From contig JBDSGA010000124.1 of assembly GCA_039919235.1 (NCBI GenBank), positions 1 through 40,495 of the forward strand: a stretch of DNA of 40,495 nucleotides, read 5' to 3'. Under the pieces are notes generated by a model. The model searched no databases. It was given only the letters and a program-made list of their open reading frames with translations, and had not been told where the DNA came from. A program made the translations under genes and the position numbers. Positions within the stretch are counted from its first letter, which is position 1; every line of letters begins with the position of its first letter. This document shows, piece after piece, positions 1 through 8,426 of this stretch. This DNA is from Thermomonas sp. GTDB lineage: Bacteria > Pseudomonadota > Gammaproteobacteria > Xanthomonadales > Xanthomonadaceae.

Positions 1-584
1 ATTCGGCATCCAAGGCGGCCTCCGACCACTTGGTGCGTGCGTTCCACCACACCTACGGGTTGCCAGTGGTGACCACCAATTGCAGCAACAACTACGGTCC
101 GTACCAGTTCCCGGAAAAACTCGTGCCCTTGATCATTGCCCGTGCGCTGGCGGGCGAGCCGCTGCCGATCTACGGCGATGGCAAGAATGTGCGTGACTGG
201 CTCTATGTCGGTGACCACGTGACGGCGATCCGCGCGGTGCTGGAGCGCGGACGTATCGGCGAAACCTACAACGTCGGCGGCGATGCCGAAATGCAGAACA
301 TCGAAGTCGTCCACGCCATTTGTGCGTTGCTCGATGATCGCCGGCCACGCGAAGATGGCCAGTCGCGCGCTTCGCAAATCACCTATGTCGCGGATCGTCC
401 CGGCCATGACCGTCGTTATGCGATCGACGCCGACAAGCTGAAATCCGAACTGGGCTGGGCGCCCGCGCACGACTTCGTGCAAGGCATGGCCGATACCGTT
501 GACTGGTATCTCGACAACCAGGCATGGGTCGGGCGTGTGCTGGACGGCAGCTATCGGCTTGAGCGCATCGGCGGGGTTGCGTGA
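1..584 (+). CDS. rfbB: dTDP-glucose 4,6-dehydratase (RmlB/RfbB), 5'-truncated by window edge
   Basis: Frame open from the window start ([14 protein letters not shown]...), motifs [33 protein letters not shown]; first gene of rmlBACD. Confidence 0.97.
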   Translation, partial: SASKAASDHLVRAFHHTYGLPVVTTNCSNNYGPYQFPEKLVPLIIARALAGEPLPIYGDGKNVRDWLYVGDHVTAIRAVLERGRIGETYNVGGDAEMQNIEVVHAICALLDDRRPREDGQSRASQITYVADRPGHDRRYAIDADKLKSELGWAPAHDFVQGMADTVDWYLDNQAWVGRVLDGSYRLERIGGVA

Positions 585-1474
585 GCACCGTGAAGCGCAA
601 GGGCATCGTCTTGGCCGGTGGTTCCGGTACCCGGCTTTACCCGATCACCAAGGCGATCAGCAAGCAGTTGCTGCCGGTATATGACAAGCCGATGATCTAT
701 TACCCGCTCAGCGTGCTGATGCTGGCGGGGATTCGCGAGGTGCTGATCATCAACACCCCGCACGAACAAGCCTTGTTCCAGCACCTGCTCGGCGACGGTT
801 CGCAATGGGGCATGCAGATTGAATATGCCGTGCAGTCCAGTCCAGATGGGCTGGCGCAGGCATTTGTGATTGGTCGCGAGTTTCTCGCGGGTGGACCTAG
901 CTGCCTCGTGCTGGGCGACAATATCTTCTATGGCCACGGCTTGACCGACCTCTTGCAGCGCGCCGATGCGCGCGAAGACGGCGCGACCGTGTTCGGCTAC
1001 TGGGTGCGTGATCCGGAACGTTACGGCGTGGCCGAGTTCGATGCCGACGGTAAGGTCATCGGGCTGGAAGAGAAGCCAGTGACGCCGAAGTCGAACTATG
1101 CGGTGACCGGCCTGTATTTCTACGATGGCCGCGCACCCGATTTCGCGGCCTCGTTGCAGCCTTCGTCGCGCGGTGAACTGGAAATCACGGACCTCAATCG
1201 CTGCTATCTGAAAGACGGCTCGATGCAGCTGGAAAAGATGGGTCGAGGTTATGCGTGGCTTGACACGGGCACCCATGAGTCGCTGGTGGAGGCCTCGACG
1301 TACATCGAGACCATCGAGAAGCGCCAAGGCTTGCGCGTTTGCTGTCCCGAGGAAATCGCCTGGTACAACGGTTGGATCGATGCCGAGCAACTTCGTGCGC
1401 TGGCCCAGCCTCTGGCCAAGAACGGTTACGGTCAGTACCTGCTGAGCCTGCTCGAACACGGTCGCATCGGGTGA
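581..1474 (+). CDS. rfbA: Glucose-1-phosphate thymidylyltransferase (RmlA/RfbA)
   Basis: [44 protein letters not shown]; GTG start overlaps rmlB stop. Confidence 0.97.
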   Translation: MSTVKRKGIVLAGGSGTRLYPITKAISKQLLPVYDKPMIYYPLSVLMLAGIREVLIINTPHEQALFQHLLGDGSQWGMQIEYAVQSSPDGLAQAFVIGREFLAGGPSCLVLGDNIFYGHGLTDLLQRADAREDGATVFGYWVRDPERYGVAEFDADGKVIGLEEKPVTPKSNYAVTGLYFYDGRAPDFAASLQPSSRGELEITDLNRCYLKDGSMQLEKMGRGYAWLDTGTHESLVEASTYIETIEKRQGLRVCCPEEIAWYNGWIDAEQLRALAQPLAKNGYGQYLLSLLEHGRIG

Positions 1475-1504
1475 AGACGCTCCCATGAAGGCGCTCCCAT
1501 GAAA
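1472..1504 (+). repeat. 14-bp tandem repeat (about 2.3 copies) at the rmlA/rmlC junction
   Basis: TGAAGACGCTCCCA / TGAAGGCGCTCCCA / TGAAA read directly from the sequence. Confidence 0.85.
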
Positions 1505-2059
1505 GTCATCGAGACCGGATTGCCGGGATGCGTGGTGATCGAGCCTGCGGTATTCGGCGACGAACGTGGCTATTTTTACGAAGGCTGGAACGCGGCGCGT
1601 TTCGCCGAACGTGGATTGCCAACCGCCTTCGTCCAGCACAATGTCTCGCGCTCGGAACGCGGTGTGTTGCGTGGGTTGCACTACCAGTGGCCTGGCAACG
1701 TACAGGGCAAGTTGGTGAGCGTGCTGGAAGGTGAGGTCTATGACGTAGCGGTGGACATTCGCCGCGGCTCACCGACGTTCGGCCAACATGCGGCCGCGAT
1801 CCTGAGCGCCGACAACAAGCGTCATTTCTGGATCCCGGAAGGCTTTGCCCACGGGTTCCTGACCCTGAGCGAGACCGCCGTGTTCACTTACCTGTGCACC
1901 GCACCCTACGACCGCGAAAGCGACAATTCGCTGCGTTGGGATGATCCTGCGCTGGCGATCAATTGGCCGTTGGCCGACGTGTCATTGTCGGGCAAGGATG
2001 CGGTGGCGCCGCTACTGGCCGACATCCCTGCCGAGCGCCTGCCAACGTTCATCGCATGA
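1499..2059 (+). CDS. rfbC: dTDP-4-dehydrorhamnose 3,5-epimerase (RmlC/RfbC)
   Basis: FGDERGYF, GVLRGLHYQ, VAVDIRRGSPTFG, IPEGFAHGF. Confidence 0.97.
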   Translation: MKVIETGLPGCVVIEPAVFGDERGYFYEGWNAARFAERGLPTAFVQHNVSRSERGVLRGLHYQWPGNVQGKLVSVLEGEVYDVAVDIRRGSPTFGQHAAAILSADNKRHFWIPEGFAHGFLTLSETAVFTYLCTAPYDRESDNSLRWDDPALAINWPLADVSLSGKDAVAPLLADIPAERLPTFIA

Positions 2060-2946
2060 AGTTGCTGTTGCTCGGTGGTAACGGCCAGGTAGGGCGCGAA
2101 TTGCGACGTAGCTTGCCTGCATTGGGTCATGTGATCGTCGCCACCCGCGATGGCGCAGGTACCGATATGGTCGCGGACTTTGATCGATCCGAATCACTCC
2201 GTGGGTTGATTGAACTCGTCGCGCCGGACGTCGTGGTCAATGCGGTGGCCTACACCGCCGTGGATAAGGCTGAGGCCGAGGCTGACGCCGCCTTCCGCAT
2301 CAATGCCGAAGGTCCGGCCACGATTGCACAGGCATGCAAGGGAACCGATTCCCTGTTGGTGCATTACTCGACCGATTACGTGTTCGACGGCCATGCCACG
2401 CGCCCGTATCGCGAAGATGATCCAACCGCTCCGCTGGGCGTCTATGGGGCAAGCAAACTGGCGGGTGAGACAGCGATCCGCGCAAGCGGCGCGCGCCACG
2501 CGATCCTGCGCACGGCATGGGTGTATGCCGCACACAGCAAGAACTTCCTGCTGACGATGTTGAGGCTGGCCAGTGAACGCAACGAACTGCGCGTGGTCGC
2601 TGATCAATTCGGTGCGCCGACGCCTGCGGCATGGATTGCCGATGCAACGATGGAGCTATTACGACGTGGTGTGGTGGAATCCGGCACCTGGCATCTGACC
2701 TCGCGTGGGGAGACGGATTGGCACGAATTCGCTTCAGCGATCATGGAAGAGGCACACGTGCATGGATTGCTGCAGCACAAGCCGCGGGTGTTGCCGATCA
2801 CGACCACCGAGTACCCGACCCCCGCCCACAGGCCGGCCTATTCAGTGCTGGACACCACGCGGTTGCAAAGGGACTTCGGCATCGTGCCACCGGACTGGCG
2901 CGATGGATTGACGCAAACGCTGCGGGAACTCCCAGCCGGGCGCTGA
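2056..2946 (+). CDS. rfbD: dTDP-4-dehydrorhamnose reductase (RmlD/RfbD)
   Basis: ATG at 2056 overlapping rmlC stop (ATGA); GGNGQVG, AYTAVDKAE, STDYVFDG, YGASK, RPAYSVLD. Confidence 0.96.
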   Translation: MKLLLLGGNGQVGRELRRSLPALGHVIVATRDGAGTDMVADFDRSESLRGLIELVAPDVVVNAVAYTAVDKAEAEADAAFRINAEGPATIAQACKGTDSLLVHYSTDYVFDGHATRPYREDDPTAPLGVYGASKLAGETAIRASGARHAILRTAWVYAAHSKNFLLTMLRLASERNELRVVADQFGAPTPAAWIADATMELLRRGVVESGTWHLTSRGETDWHEFASAIMEEAHVHGLLQHKPRVLPITTTEYPTPAHRPAYSVLDTTRLQRDFGIVPPDWRDGLTQTLRELPAGR

Positions 2947-3031
2947 GCGGCCTCGGCCCTTCGCCGCGACCAACCGCTTCACGTGTCGTTGTAGCGTTGC
3001 GCAGCCCAGGCAGCGCCAATGTTCGGCGCCA

Positions 3032-3850
3032 TCAGGCGGATTGGAAGCACCAGTGCCAAGGCTCGTAGACGATGCCGTGCGGGTTATGGCGCGGATAGCT
3101 CATTTCGAAACCGTGGTCGCCGGCATTGAATTGCAACCACGCAAATGCAGGGGTGTGTTCGAAGCTTTCCTCAGCCGGAGGCTCGCCCGGTGCGCCGATA
3201 TCCAACGCCAACCCACCGTGGTGTTCGGAGAATCCTGGCGCTGCGTTGACCGCGAGGATGTCCTCGATGGAAAGGCTGCGTGCGAGCTTCCGTTCAAAGA
3301 TGCCGAGTTGATAATCATGACTGCGATATCCGGAAATCGCGTCCAACACGAGGTCATCCCGAAGTGCTGCAGCGCGCATGCTCAGCCAGGCCCGTGCGGC
3401 ATCGAAACGCAGCCATAGCGCACGCCTGTAACGGTCGAATCCGGCAAATGCCAGCCAATCAGGTTCGGCAACCAGCGCAAGTCCTGTGCGCTGTGCGTAA
3501 GCGGCTTCGTCCAACTCGAGGGAGGCCAGGCGCTGGTGCAGGCCATGCAGTTCCAGTTCGCCGATATATTCAAGACCGAACCGGGCATGATGCGGGATCG
3601 CATCCAGCGCGTCAAGTGCTTCATCCAGCCCGGGTTCGCGCTGCAGGTGTGGGATCAGCGGCAGCAGGCCGGCGTCGAGTTCGGCGGCAAGGTAGGTGCC
3701 ATCACGCTTACGGCGCAATACATGGTGTGCACGCGACAATGCACGGGCATCCCGGTTGCTTTTGGCGCGCAGCAGCGCTGCCGGCCAGACCTCGATCTCG
3801 GCGGTGTTGACCAGCACGGTCTTGAGCGGCATTGGTTGCAGTCGCGACAT
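3032..3850 (-). CDS. M15 family (VanY-like) zinc D,D-carboxypeptidase with N-terminal extension
   Basis: SGYRS, SEHHGGLALD (SxHxxGxAxD) and YEPWH (ExxH) motifs in the C-terminal half. Confidence 0.85.
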   Translation of the reverse strand: MSRLQPMPLKTVLVNTAEIEVWPAALLRAKSNRDARALSRAHHVLRRKRDGTYLAAELDAGLLPLIPHLQREPGLDEALDALDAIPHHARFGLEYIGELELHGLHQRLASLELDEAAYAQRTGLALVAEPDWLAFAGFDRYRRALWLRFDAARAWLSMRAAALRDDLVLDAISGYRSHDYQLGIFERKLARSLSIEDILAVNAAPGFSEHHGGLALDIGAPGEPPAEESFEHTPAFAWLQFNAGDHGFEMSYPRHNPHGIVYEPWHWCFQSA

Positions 3851-3856
3851 ATGTCC

Positions 3857-3862
3857 AGCTTA
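3857..3862 (-). promoter_or_regulatory. Putative -10 element (TAAGCT) 6 nt before the M15 peptidase ATG; possible leaderless mRNA
   Basis: Minus strand TAAGCT-ggacat-ATG. Confidence 0.5.
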
Positions 3863-3879
3863 GCGCAGCGTCGAAAGCC

Positions 3880-4455
3880 TCAGTTGCGTCCGGGCTGACG
3901 ATCCGTGGCAGAACGGAGTGCATCGAGCAGCACTTGCGGTCGCTCGACACTGAGCAACAATTGATCCTTCCCGTTGTGAAGCGGCAGCCACAGCACGCGA
4001 TGGCGATCGGTGATCAGGCAAAACGCCTTGGCGATCTTGCCGCGCAGGCGAAATCGCCCGGCTTGGAAACCTGGCATCGACATGCCGATGGTCTTGATGA
4101 GCGGCGACAGCTCCGTCCGCTCGGCAAGATCGACCAGCGTTGCGCGTTCGAGGTCAATACTGGCGATCGGCGTGCGCTCGCGAAACATCGCTGCGCGAAC
4201 GTCCAGGATATTGCCGACCAATGCCACTGATCGCCGCCTCATCGCGACGAACGACAGGCCCAGCACCAACGCCACGATGACCACGGCAGGCAAGAACCGG
4301 ATCAGTCCAGCGTTGTCCATCCGGCCAACCCACAACATGCCGACGATGATCAGGAATGGCAGTACGCCGCCCGCGATCACCAGAAATGCGATGGCATAGC
4401 TAGGTGGTGGAATCACCGTGAAATCCTGCGGTGCCTGGCTGCAGTTGGCTTGCAT
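3880..4455 (-). CDS. Two-TM membrane protein with bacterial PH-like cytoplasmic domain
   Basis: Two hydrophobic segments, then GMSMPGFQAGRFRLR...AFCLIT...LLLS typical of bPH membrane proteins; AGGA SD upstream. Confidence 0.7.
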   Translation of the reverse strand: MQANCSQAPQDFTVIPPPSYAIAFLVIAGGVLPFLIIVGMLWVGRMDNAGLIRFLPAVVIVALVLGLSFVAMRRRSVALVGNILDVRAAMFRERTPIASIDLERATLVDLAERTELSPLIKTIGMSMPGFQAGRFRLRGKIAKAFCLITDRHRVLWLPLHNGKDQLLLSVERPQVLLDALRSATDRQPGRN

Positions 4456-4479
4456 GTCATTCCTTGCGGGCGTTGCCGC

Positions 4480-5880
4480 TTAGTGCGCCTTGACCCATGT
4501 GGCGACGTCGCCGATCAGCGTCGCGTCGACATGCCCCGGATTGCCGTATTCGGCGAGGTTGCCATCACCTTTTCCGGCGATGCCGAGGTGATTGAGTGTG
4601 TCGTAGAGCTTGAACGTGGCCTTCTTGTCCTCGTGAAAGCCGCCGCGCCAGTTCTGCCAATCAGCGTCCACCACTTGGATATCGCGGGCACCCTGCAGGA
4701 TCAACATCGGCAAGTCGACTGCCTTGGCTTCTGCCACCGGGTCGACGCTGTCGATGCTGCGCCAATAGCCAGCCGGCATGCCCAGCACGGTCTTGGTAGT
4801 GGGGGTGGTGGCAGGATCTCGCGTGGTGGCGACCTGCGCGATCAATGCGTTGATCGCATCGCGCTCCGTGTCGCTGGTCTTGCTGTCGTCGAGCACGGCA
4901 AGGCGGCGGTTCTGTTCGATGAGGATGTCGAGCAGCGGGCGCGATGGCGCAGCCATCAACACCAAGCCAGCCACATGACCAGAAATCGCCGCGATGCGCG
5001 GCGCCATCAAACCACCCTGGCTGTGACCGAGCACGAAAACACGCGCCGGATCGATGCCTTCGAGCTTGCGTAATGCATCCACGGCAAGCACTGCGTCATT
5101 GGTGGTTTCGTCGTCGACACCGTAGATGCCGCTCACGAAATCCTGCGGACGTGCCTTAGTGCGCTTTTCGTAGCGCAGCACGGCAACGCCTTGTGCAGCC
5201 AGCCCGCGGGCGATGTCCAGGAACGGCTTGTTCGGGCCGATGCTTTCGTCGCGGTCGTGCGGGCCGGAACCGTGCACCAACACCATCGCCGGGAACGGCC
5301 CCGTGCCCTTCGGCATCGTCAGTGTGCCGGGCAGGGCGCGCTCGCCTTCACCGACGCTGAGGTCAGTCTCAATGTAAGGCGCGTCCTCGCTCACTGCGGC
5401 TGCAGGCGGCGCCTCTCCGGGTTGGATCAGGAAGCCCGCGATCTTGCCTTCCGCATCAATAACGATTTTTGCCGCCAGTGCGGCCTTCGCGTAATGCAGC
5501 GGAATTTTCACCAACGTTGTTTCGCCTTGCTGCATGCTCACGGCCTCGCCACGTCCTTGCGCTTCACCCGCCTGCGTCGGCAGCGATTCCCACACCGCCT
5601 TGAGCTTGTCGGCCGGCACGGCTTGCGCCATCGCAGGGCTGAACATGGCTTCGGCCTGTGCGTACTCAGCCCCATCGAGGTGGTCGAGCAACTGGATCGC
5701 CAGTGCGCTCGCTTTGGTTTCTGCCGATGGTGTGTCCTGTGCGTGACTGCCGTTCGGCAGCAACAGTCCTGCAGCGAGTATTAACACCGCGAACGACGAC
5801 AACACGACGCGGGACAAGGCGCGCTCCATATTGGAGCCTGGGCGATGAGACCGCTCGATCAAGTTGACGATATTAGGCAT
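4480..5880 (-). CDS. Exported alpha/beta hydrolase with N-terminal DUF3887-like domain
   Basis: VHGSGPHDRD, nucleophile GHSQGG, QGARD, LNH; signal-peptide-like segment ending SHA-Q; start 5880 chosen for GGAGA SD (alternative 5829). Confidence 0.85.
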   Translation of the reverse strand: MPNIVNLIERSHRPGSNMERALSRVVLSSFAVLILAAGLLLPNGSHAQDTPSAETKASALAIQLLDHLDGAEYAQAEAMFSPAMAQAVPADKLKAVWESLPTQAGEAQGRGEAVSMQQGETTLVKIPLHYAKAALAAKIVIDAEGKIAGFLIQPGEAPPAAAVSEDAPYIETDLSVGEGERALPGTLTMPKGTGPFPAMVLVHGSGPHDRDESIGPNKPFLDIARGLAAQGVAVLRYEKRTKARPQDFVSGIYGVDDETTNDAVLAVDALRKLEGIDPARVFVLGHSQGGLMAPRIAAISGHVAGLVLMAAPSRPLLDILIEQNRRLAVLDDSKTSDTERDAINALIAQVATTRDPATTPTTKTVLGMPAGYWRSIDSVDPVAEAKAVDLPMLILQGARDIQVVDADWQNWRGGFHEDKKATFKLYDTLNHLGIAGKGDGNLAEYGNPGHVDATLIGDVATWVKAH

Positions 5881-5903
5881 GTCGGTTCTCCGGGATACAC
5901 GTT

Positions 5904-6074
5904 TCAGACTTCTTTCTTCAGATAGAGGTAGGCAGTCATTGAGATTTGGCTTACCGCGACCAGTTCCCAGCCCATGGCGCCGAGCGGGGCCAGTGTCTCT
6001 TCGATCTGTTTGGGGATCAGGCCCCTCCATGTTGCCTTGACCTCCACGACCTTGTAATTCCAGCGAGTACTCAT
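5904..6074 (-). CDS. 56-aa DUF4177-like small protein (not in ORF track)
   Basis: Manual translation MSTRWNYKVVEVKATWRGLIPKQIEETLAPLGAMGWELVAVSQISMTAYLYLKKEV*; WxYKV...LGxxGWELV...YLK pattern; ATG overlaps RHH stop (ATGA); AAGGA upstream. Confidence 0.8.
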   Translation of the reverse strand: MSTRWNYKVVEVKATWRGLIPKQIEETLAPLGAMGWELVAVSQISMTAYLYLKKEV

Positions 6075-6253
6075 TTCGATTCCTTGTGCGTGTCGTCGGC
6101 CTTGGCCGGCAAGCGGCCGGCCTTGCGTAGCGCGTCGCGCAGAACATATTCGATCTGCGCGTTGATGCTGCGGAGCTCGTCGTCGGCCCAGCGCTGCGTG
6201 GCCGCCAGGACGTCGGCATTGATGCGCAGCGGATAGGCCTTCTTTTCAGCCAT
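6071..6253 (-). CDS. Arc-like ribbon-helix-helix DNA-binding protein
   Basis: KAYPLRI beta strand followed by WADDELRSINAQIEYVLR, typical of RHH proteins found next to SPFH genes. Confidence 0.85.
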   Translation of the reverse strand: MAEKKAYPLRINADVLAATQRWADDELRSINAQIEYVLRDALRKAGRLPAKADDTHKESK

Positions 6254-6259
6254 GTGGAT

Positions 6260-6334
6260 TCACTTCGGCCGATGCCGGCGAGACGCAATGGCGATGATGA
6301 TCAACACGACAATGACACCAACTGCAGTGGTCAT
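6260..6334 (-). CDS. Putative 24-aa single-TM peptide (not in ORF track)
   Basis: [24 protein letters not shown]; fills the SPFH-RHH gap; hydrophobic core with basic tail; no clear SD. Confidence 0.45.
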   Translation of the reverse strand: MTTAVGVIVVLIIIAIASRRHRPK

Positions 6335-6344
6335 GGCTGCGCGC

Positions 6345-7208
6345 TCAGTACAACGTGCCGGCGTTGACGATCGGCTGGGTGCCGCGCTCGCCGCACAAGA
6401 CCACCAACAGGTTGCTGACCATCTGCGCCTTGCGCTCTTCGTCGAGGCTTACCACACCGTTCTTTTCAAGTTCGGCCAAGGCCATCTGCACCATGCCAAC
6501 GGCGCCGGAGACGATGCGTGTGCGCGCCGCGATGATCGCGTCTGCTTGCTGGCGCTGCAGCATCGCCTGGGCTATTTCCGGCGCATACGCAAGATGGCTG
6601 ATACGTGCATCCAGCACCTGCACGCCGGCATCGGCCAGGCGCTCGGCGAGCTCATCGCGCAGGTGTTGCGAGACTTCCGCGGCATGGCTTCGCAGGGCGA
6701 TCTGGCCGTCCTCGTGCTGATCGTAGGGATAGCTGGTGGCCATCGTGCGCAACGCGGATTCGGATTGGATGTGGACGAAACTTTCGTAGTCGTCGACGTT
6801 GTAAACGGCTTCGGCCGAATCCACGACCTGCCACACGATCACTGCGGCAATCTCGATCGGGCTGCCGCCCAGTTCATTGACCTTGAGCTTGCCGCTCTCG
6901 AAATTGCGCACGCGTTGGCTGATTTTCTTCTTGGCGTAGAAGGGGTTGTTCCAGCGCAGGCCGTTCTCGTGGACGGTGCCCACATATTTGCCGAACAGGC
7001 TCAGCACTGCGGACTGGTTGGGTTCCACCATGTACAGACCGATCAGGCAAAAACCGCACACCAGCGCCAGTAGTGCGCCAGCCACGACGAACAGGCCGTC
7101 TTGTGCCTGCGCGCCGGTGATGATCAGGTAGACGCCGACCAGCATGCTGGCGAAAAGCGCCAGCAACATCGGGATGCCGGGGAGGGAGCGTAGCGGGGTT
7201 TCTTTCAT
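6345..7208 (-). CDS. SPFH/Band 7 domain membrane protein
   Basis: Two N-terminal TMs; [52 protein letters not shown]; start at MKETP with GAG SD. Confidence 0.92.
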   Translation of the reverse strand: MKETPLRSLPGIPMLLALFASMLVGVYLIITGAQAQDGLFVVAGALLALVCGFCLIGLYMVEPNQSAVLSLFGKYVGTVHENGLRWNNPFYAKKKISQRVRNFESGKLKVNELGGSPIEIAAVIVWQVVDSAEAVYNVDDYESFVHIQSESALRTMATSYPYDQHEDGQIALRSHAAEVSQHLRDELAERLADAGVQVLDARISHLAYAPEIAQAMLQRQQADAIIAARTRIVSGAVGMVQMALAELEKNGVVSLDEERKAQMVSNLLVVLCGERGTQPIVNAGTLY

Positions 7209-7251
7209 GGTCGTTCTCGCGTCAGGGCCCAAAGAGTGGGTGCTCAATATA

Positions 7252-7268
7252 GATATCAAATTGATATC
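7252..7268. promoter_or_regulatory. Perfect palindrome GATATCAA-A-TTGATATC; candidate operator for the RHH protein
   Basis: 8-bp inverted repeat with 1-nt spacer in an AT-rich patch about 44 nt upstream of the SPFH start; TTGAAT (-35-like, minus strand) at 7273-7278. Confidence 0.6.
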
Positions 7269-7363
7269 ATTTATTCAACGATCTTCCGATGAGCGGTTGA
7301 CCAAAACGAACCATCGGCCCGGACTGCGCAGGATTCGATGCACGCTAGTGGCGCTCCAATGTG

Positions 7364-8275
7364 TCAGCGCTCCGGGGTCAGGTAGAAGATCGGTGCCGGA
7401 TTGAACTCGCCGCTGGCATACAGGCCACCTCCGCCAGCGCTCCAGGCCAGTGCTTCTGCTTGCGGTATCAAAGGCACGTCATGTGCTTCCGGATCGCGGG
7501 TCACCGCGGCTGCCCAGTCTTCCCCGGTTTCACGCCGGTAAAACAGCACGCTGCCGTAGGTCAACACCGCCAGCGTGCGTCCATCGGGCGACACATCGGC
7601 CGCGGTGACCTGAGTGAACAACTTGGCCATGGTGGGGTCGCTGCGTTGAATGTCTGGATCAGCGTCCGGAACGCCTCTCAGGCGCCCGATCCGGCGTGGT
7701 TCGCGCCAAGCCCCCTCAGGGTCGGCCAGTGGTAACACGAACAGTTCTGGCGGCTGGCGTTTCTTTGATATCAGCAGGATCTTGCCCGCGGTGGCATCCA
7801 CAGCCACTGCCTCGCAATCACGCGGCCCGTCCGGCCACCGCGCGTGGATCGTCCAGGCCGGGCGCAGGCTGGCGTTCGCCAGTTTTGCCGGCTCTTCAAA
7901 CACGTAAATGGTGACGCTTTTGCGCCGGCCACCGTTGTCGCCGGTGTCGGCGACGAGAAGATAGTGCTTGCCGTCAAGGTCGAAGCTGGCCAGGTCCTCC
8001 CAGTCAACGTTCTTCGCGCCCTCGACCTCGAATTGCGCCAGCTTCGTGCCGCGCAGCGAGATGGCATACAGCCGAGCTGGATTGCCGCTGTCGTTTATGG
8101 TCCACAGCACATCCGAATGCGCATGCGATGCCGCGAAACCGCTGACTTCGTCGAGGTCCGTGCTGGTGATCAGCCCGGCCAGGCGCGCGAACGGCAGTGG
8201 CGCCGGCGCACACGCCAGCACGCACGCTGAGAACGCGGCGAGAATCGAGAGCCGCAGGACAGGACGAATCGGCAT
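7364..8275 (-). CDS. Exported/lipoprotein, probable beta-propeller, function unknown
   Basis: Signal peptide with Cys (VLAC); EVSG, NDSGN, DWED, ADTGDN, DCEA, TAAD, QAEA motifs typical of propeller-type exported proteins. Confidence 0.7.
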   Translation of the reverse strand: MPIRPVLRLSILAAFSACVLACAPAPLPFARLAGLITSTDLDEVSGFAASHAHSDVLWTINDSGNPARLYAISLRGTKLAQFEVEGAKNVDWEDLASFDLDGKHYLLVADTGDNGGRRKSVTIYVFEEPAKLANASLRPAWTIHARWPDGPRDCEAVAVDATAGKILLISKKRQPPELFVLPLADPEGAWREPRRIGRLRGVPDADPDIQRSDPTMAKLFTQVTAADVSPDGRTLAVLTYGSVLFYRRETGEDWAAAVTRDPEAHDVPLIPQAEALAWSAGGGGLYASGEFNPAPIFYLTPER

Positions 8276-8281
8276 CCACCA

Positions 8282-8290
8282 AGGATGGCA
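8282..8290 (-). promoter_or_regulatory. Putative extended -10 (TGcCATCCT) 6 nt before ATG 8275; possible leaderless mRNA
   Basis: Minus strand TGC-CATCCT-tggtgg-ATG. Confidence 0.45.
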
Positions 8291-8426
8291 TGGACGCAGG
8301 TCGCGGCACAGTCCGCAAAAGGCGGTCCAGCCCTCGGCTACACTCGAACCCGACTACGCCCATGTACTTGCCCCATATCGGATGGCCTGTACGTGGCCCT
8401 GCGACCACGATGAGAATACTGAGCTC

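Noticed and set aside
551-1681. 376-aa minus-strand ORF opposite rmlA/rmlC
   Set aside because: Antisense shadow of well-supported genes in a GC-rich genome; no recognisable motifs.
1963-2055. 5' extension of rmlD in the ORF track
   Set aside because: Overlaps rmlC; the Rossmann motif begins at ATG 2056, which forms an ATGA overlap.
5881-6288. N-terminal extension making the hydrolase 602 aa
   Set aside because: Runs over the RHH and DUF4177-like genes in other frames and would bury the signal peptide; an SD supports the start at 5880.
7968-8426. 5' extension of the plus-strand hypothetical protein
   Set aside because: Overlaps the divergent gene antisense and is not protein-like; ATG 8427 is the better start.
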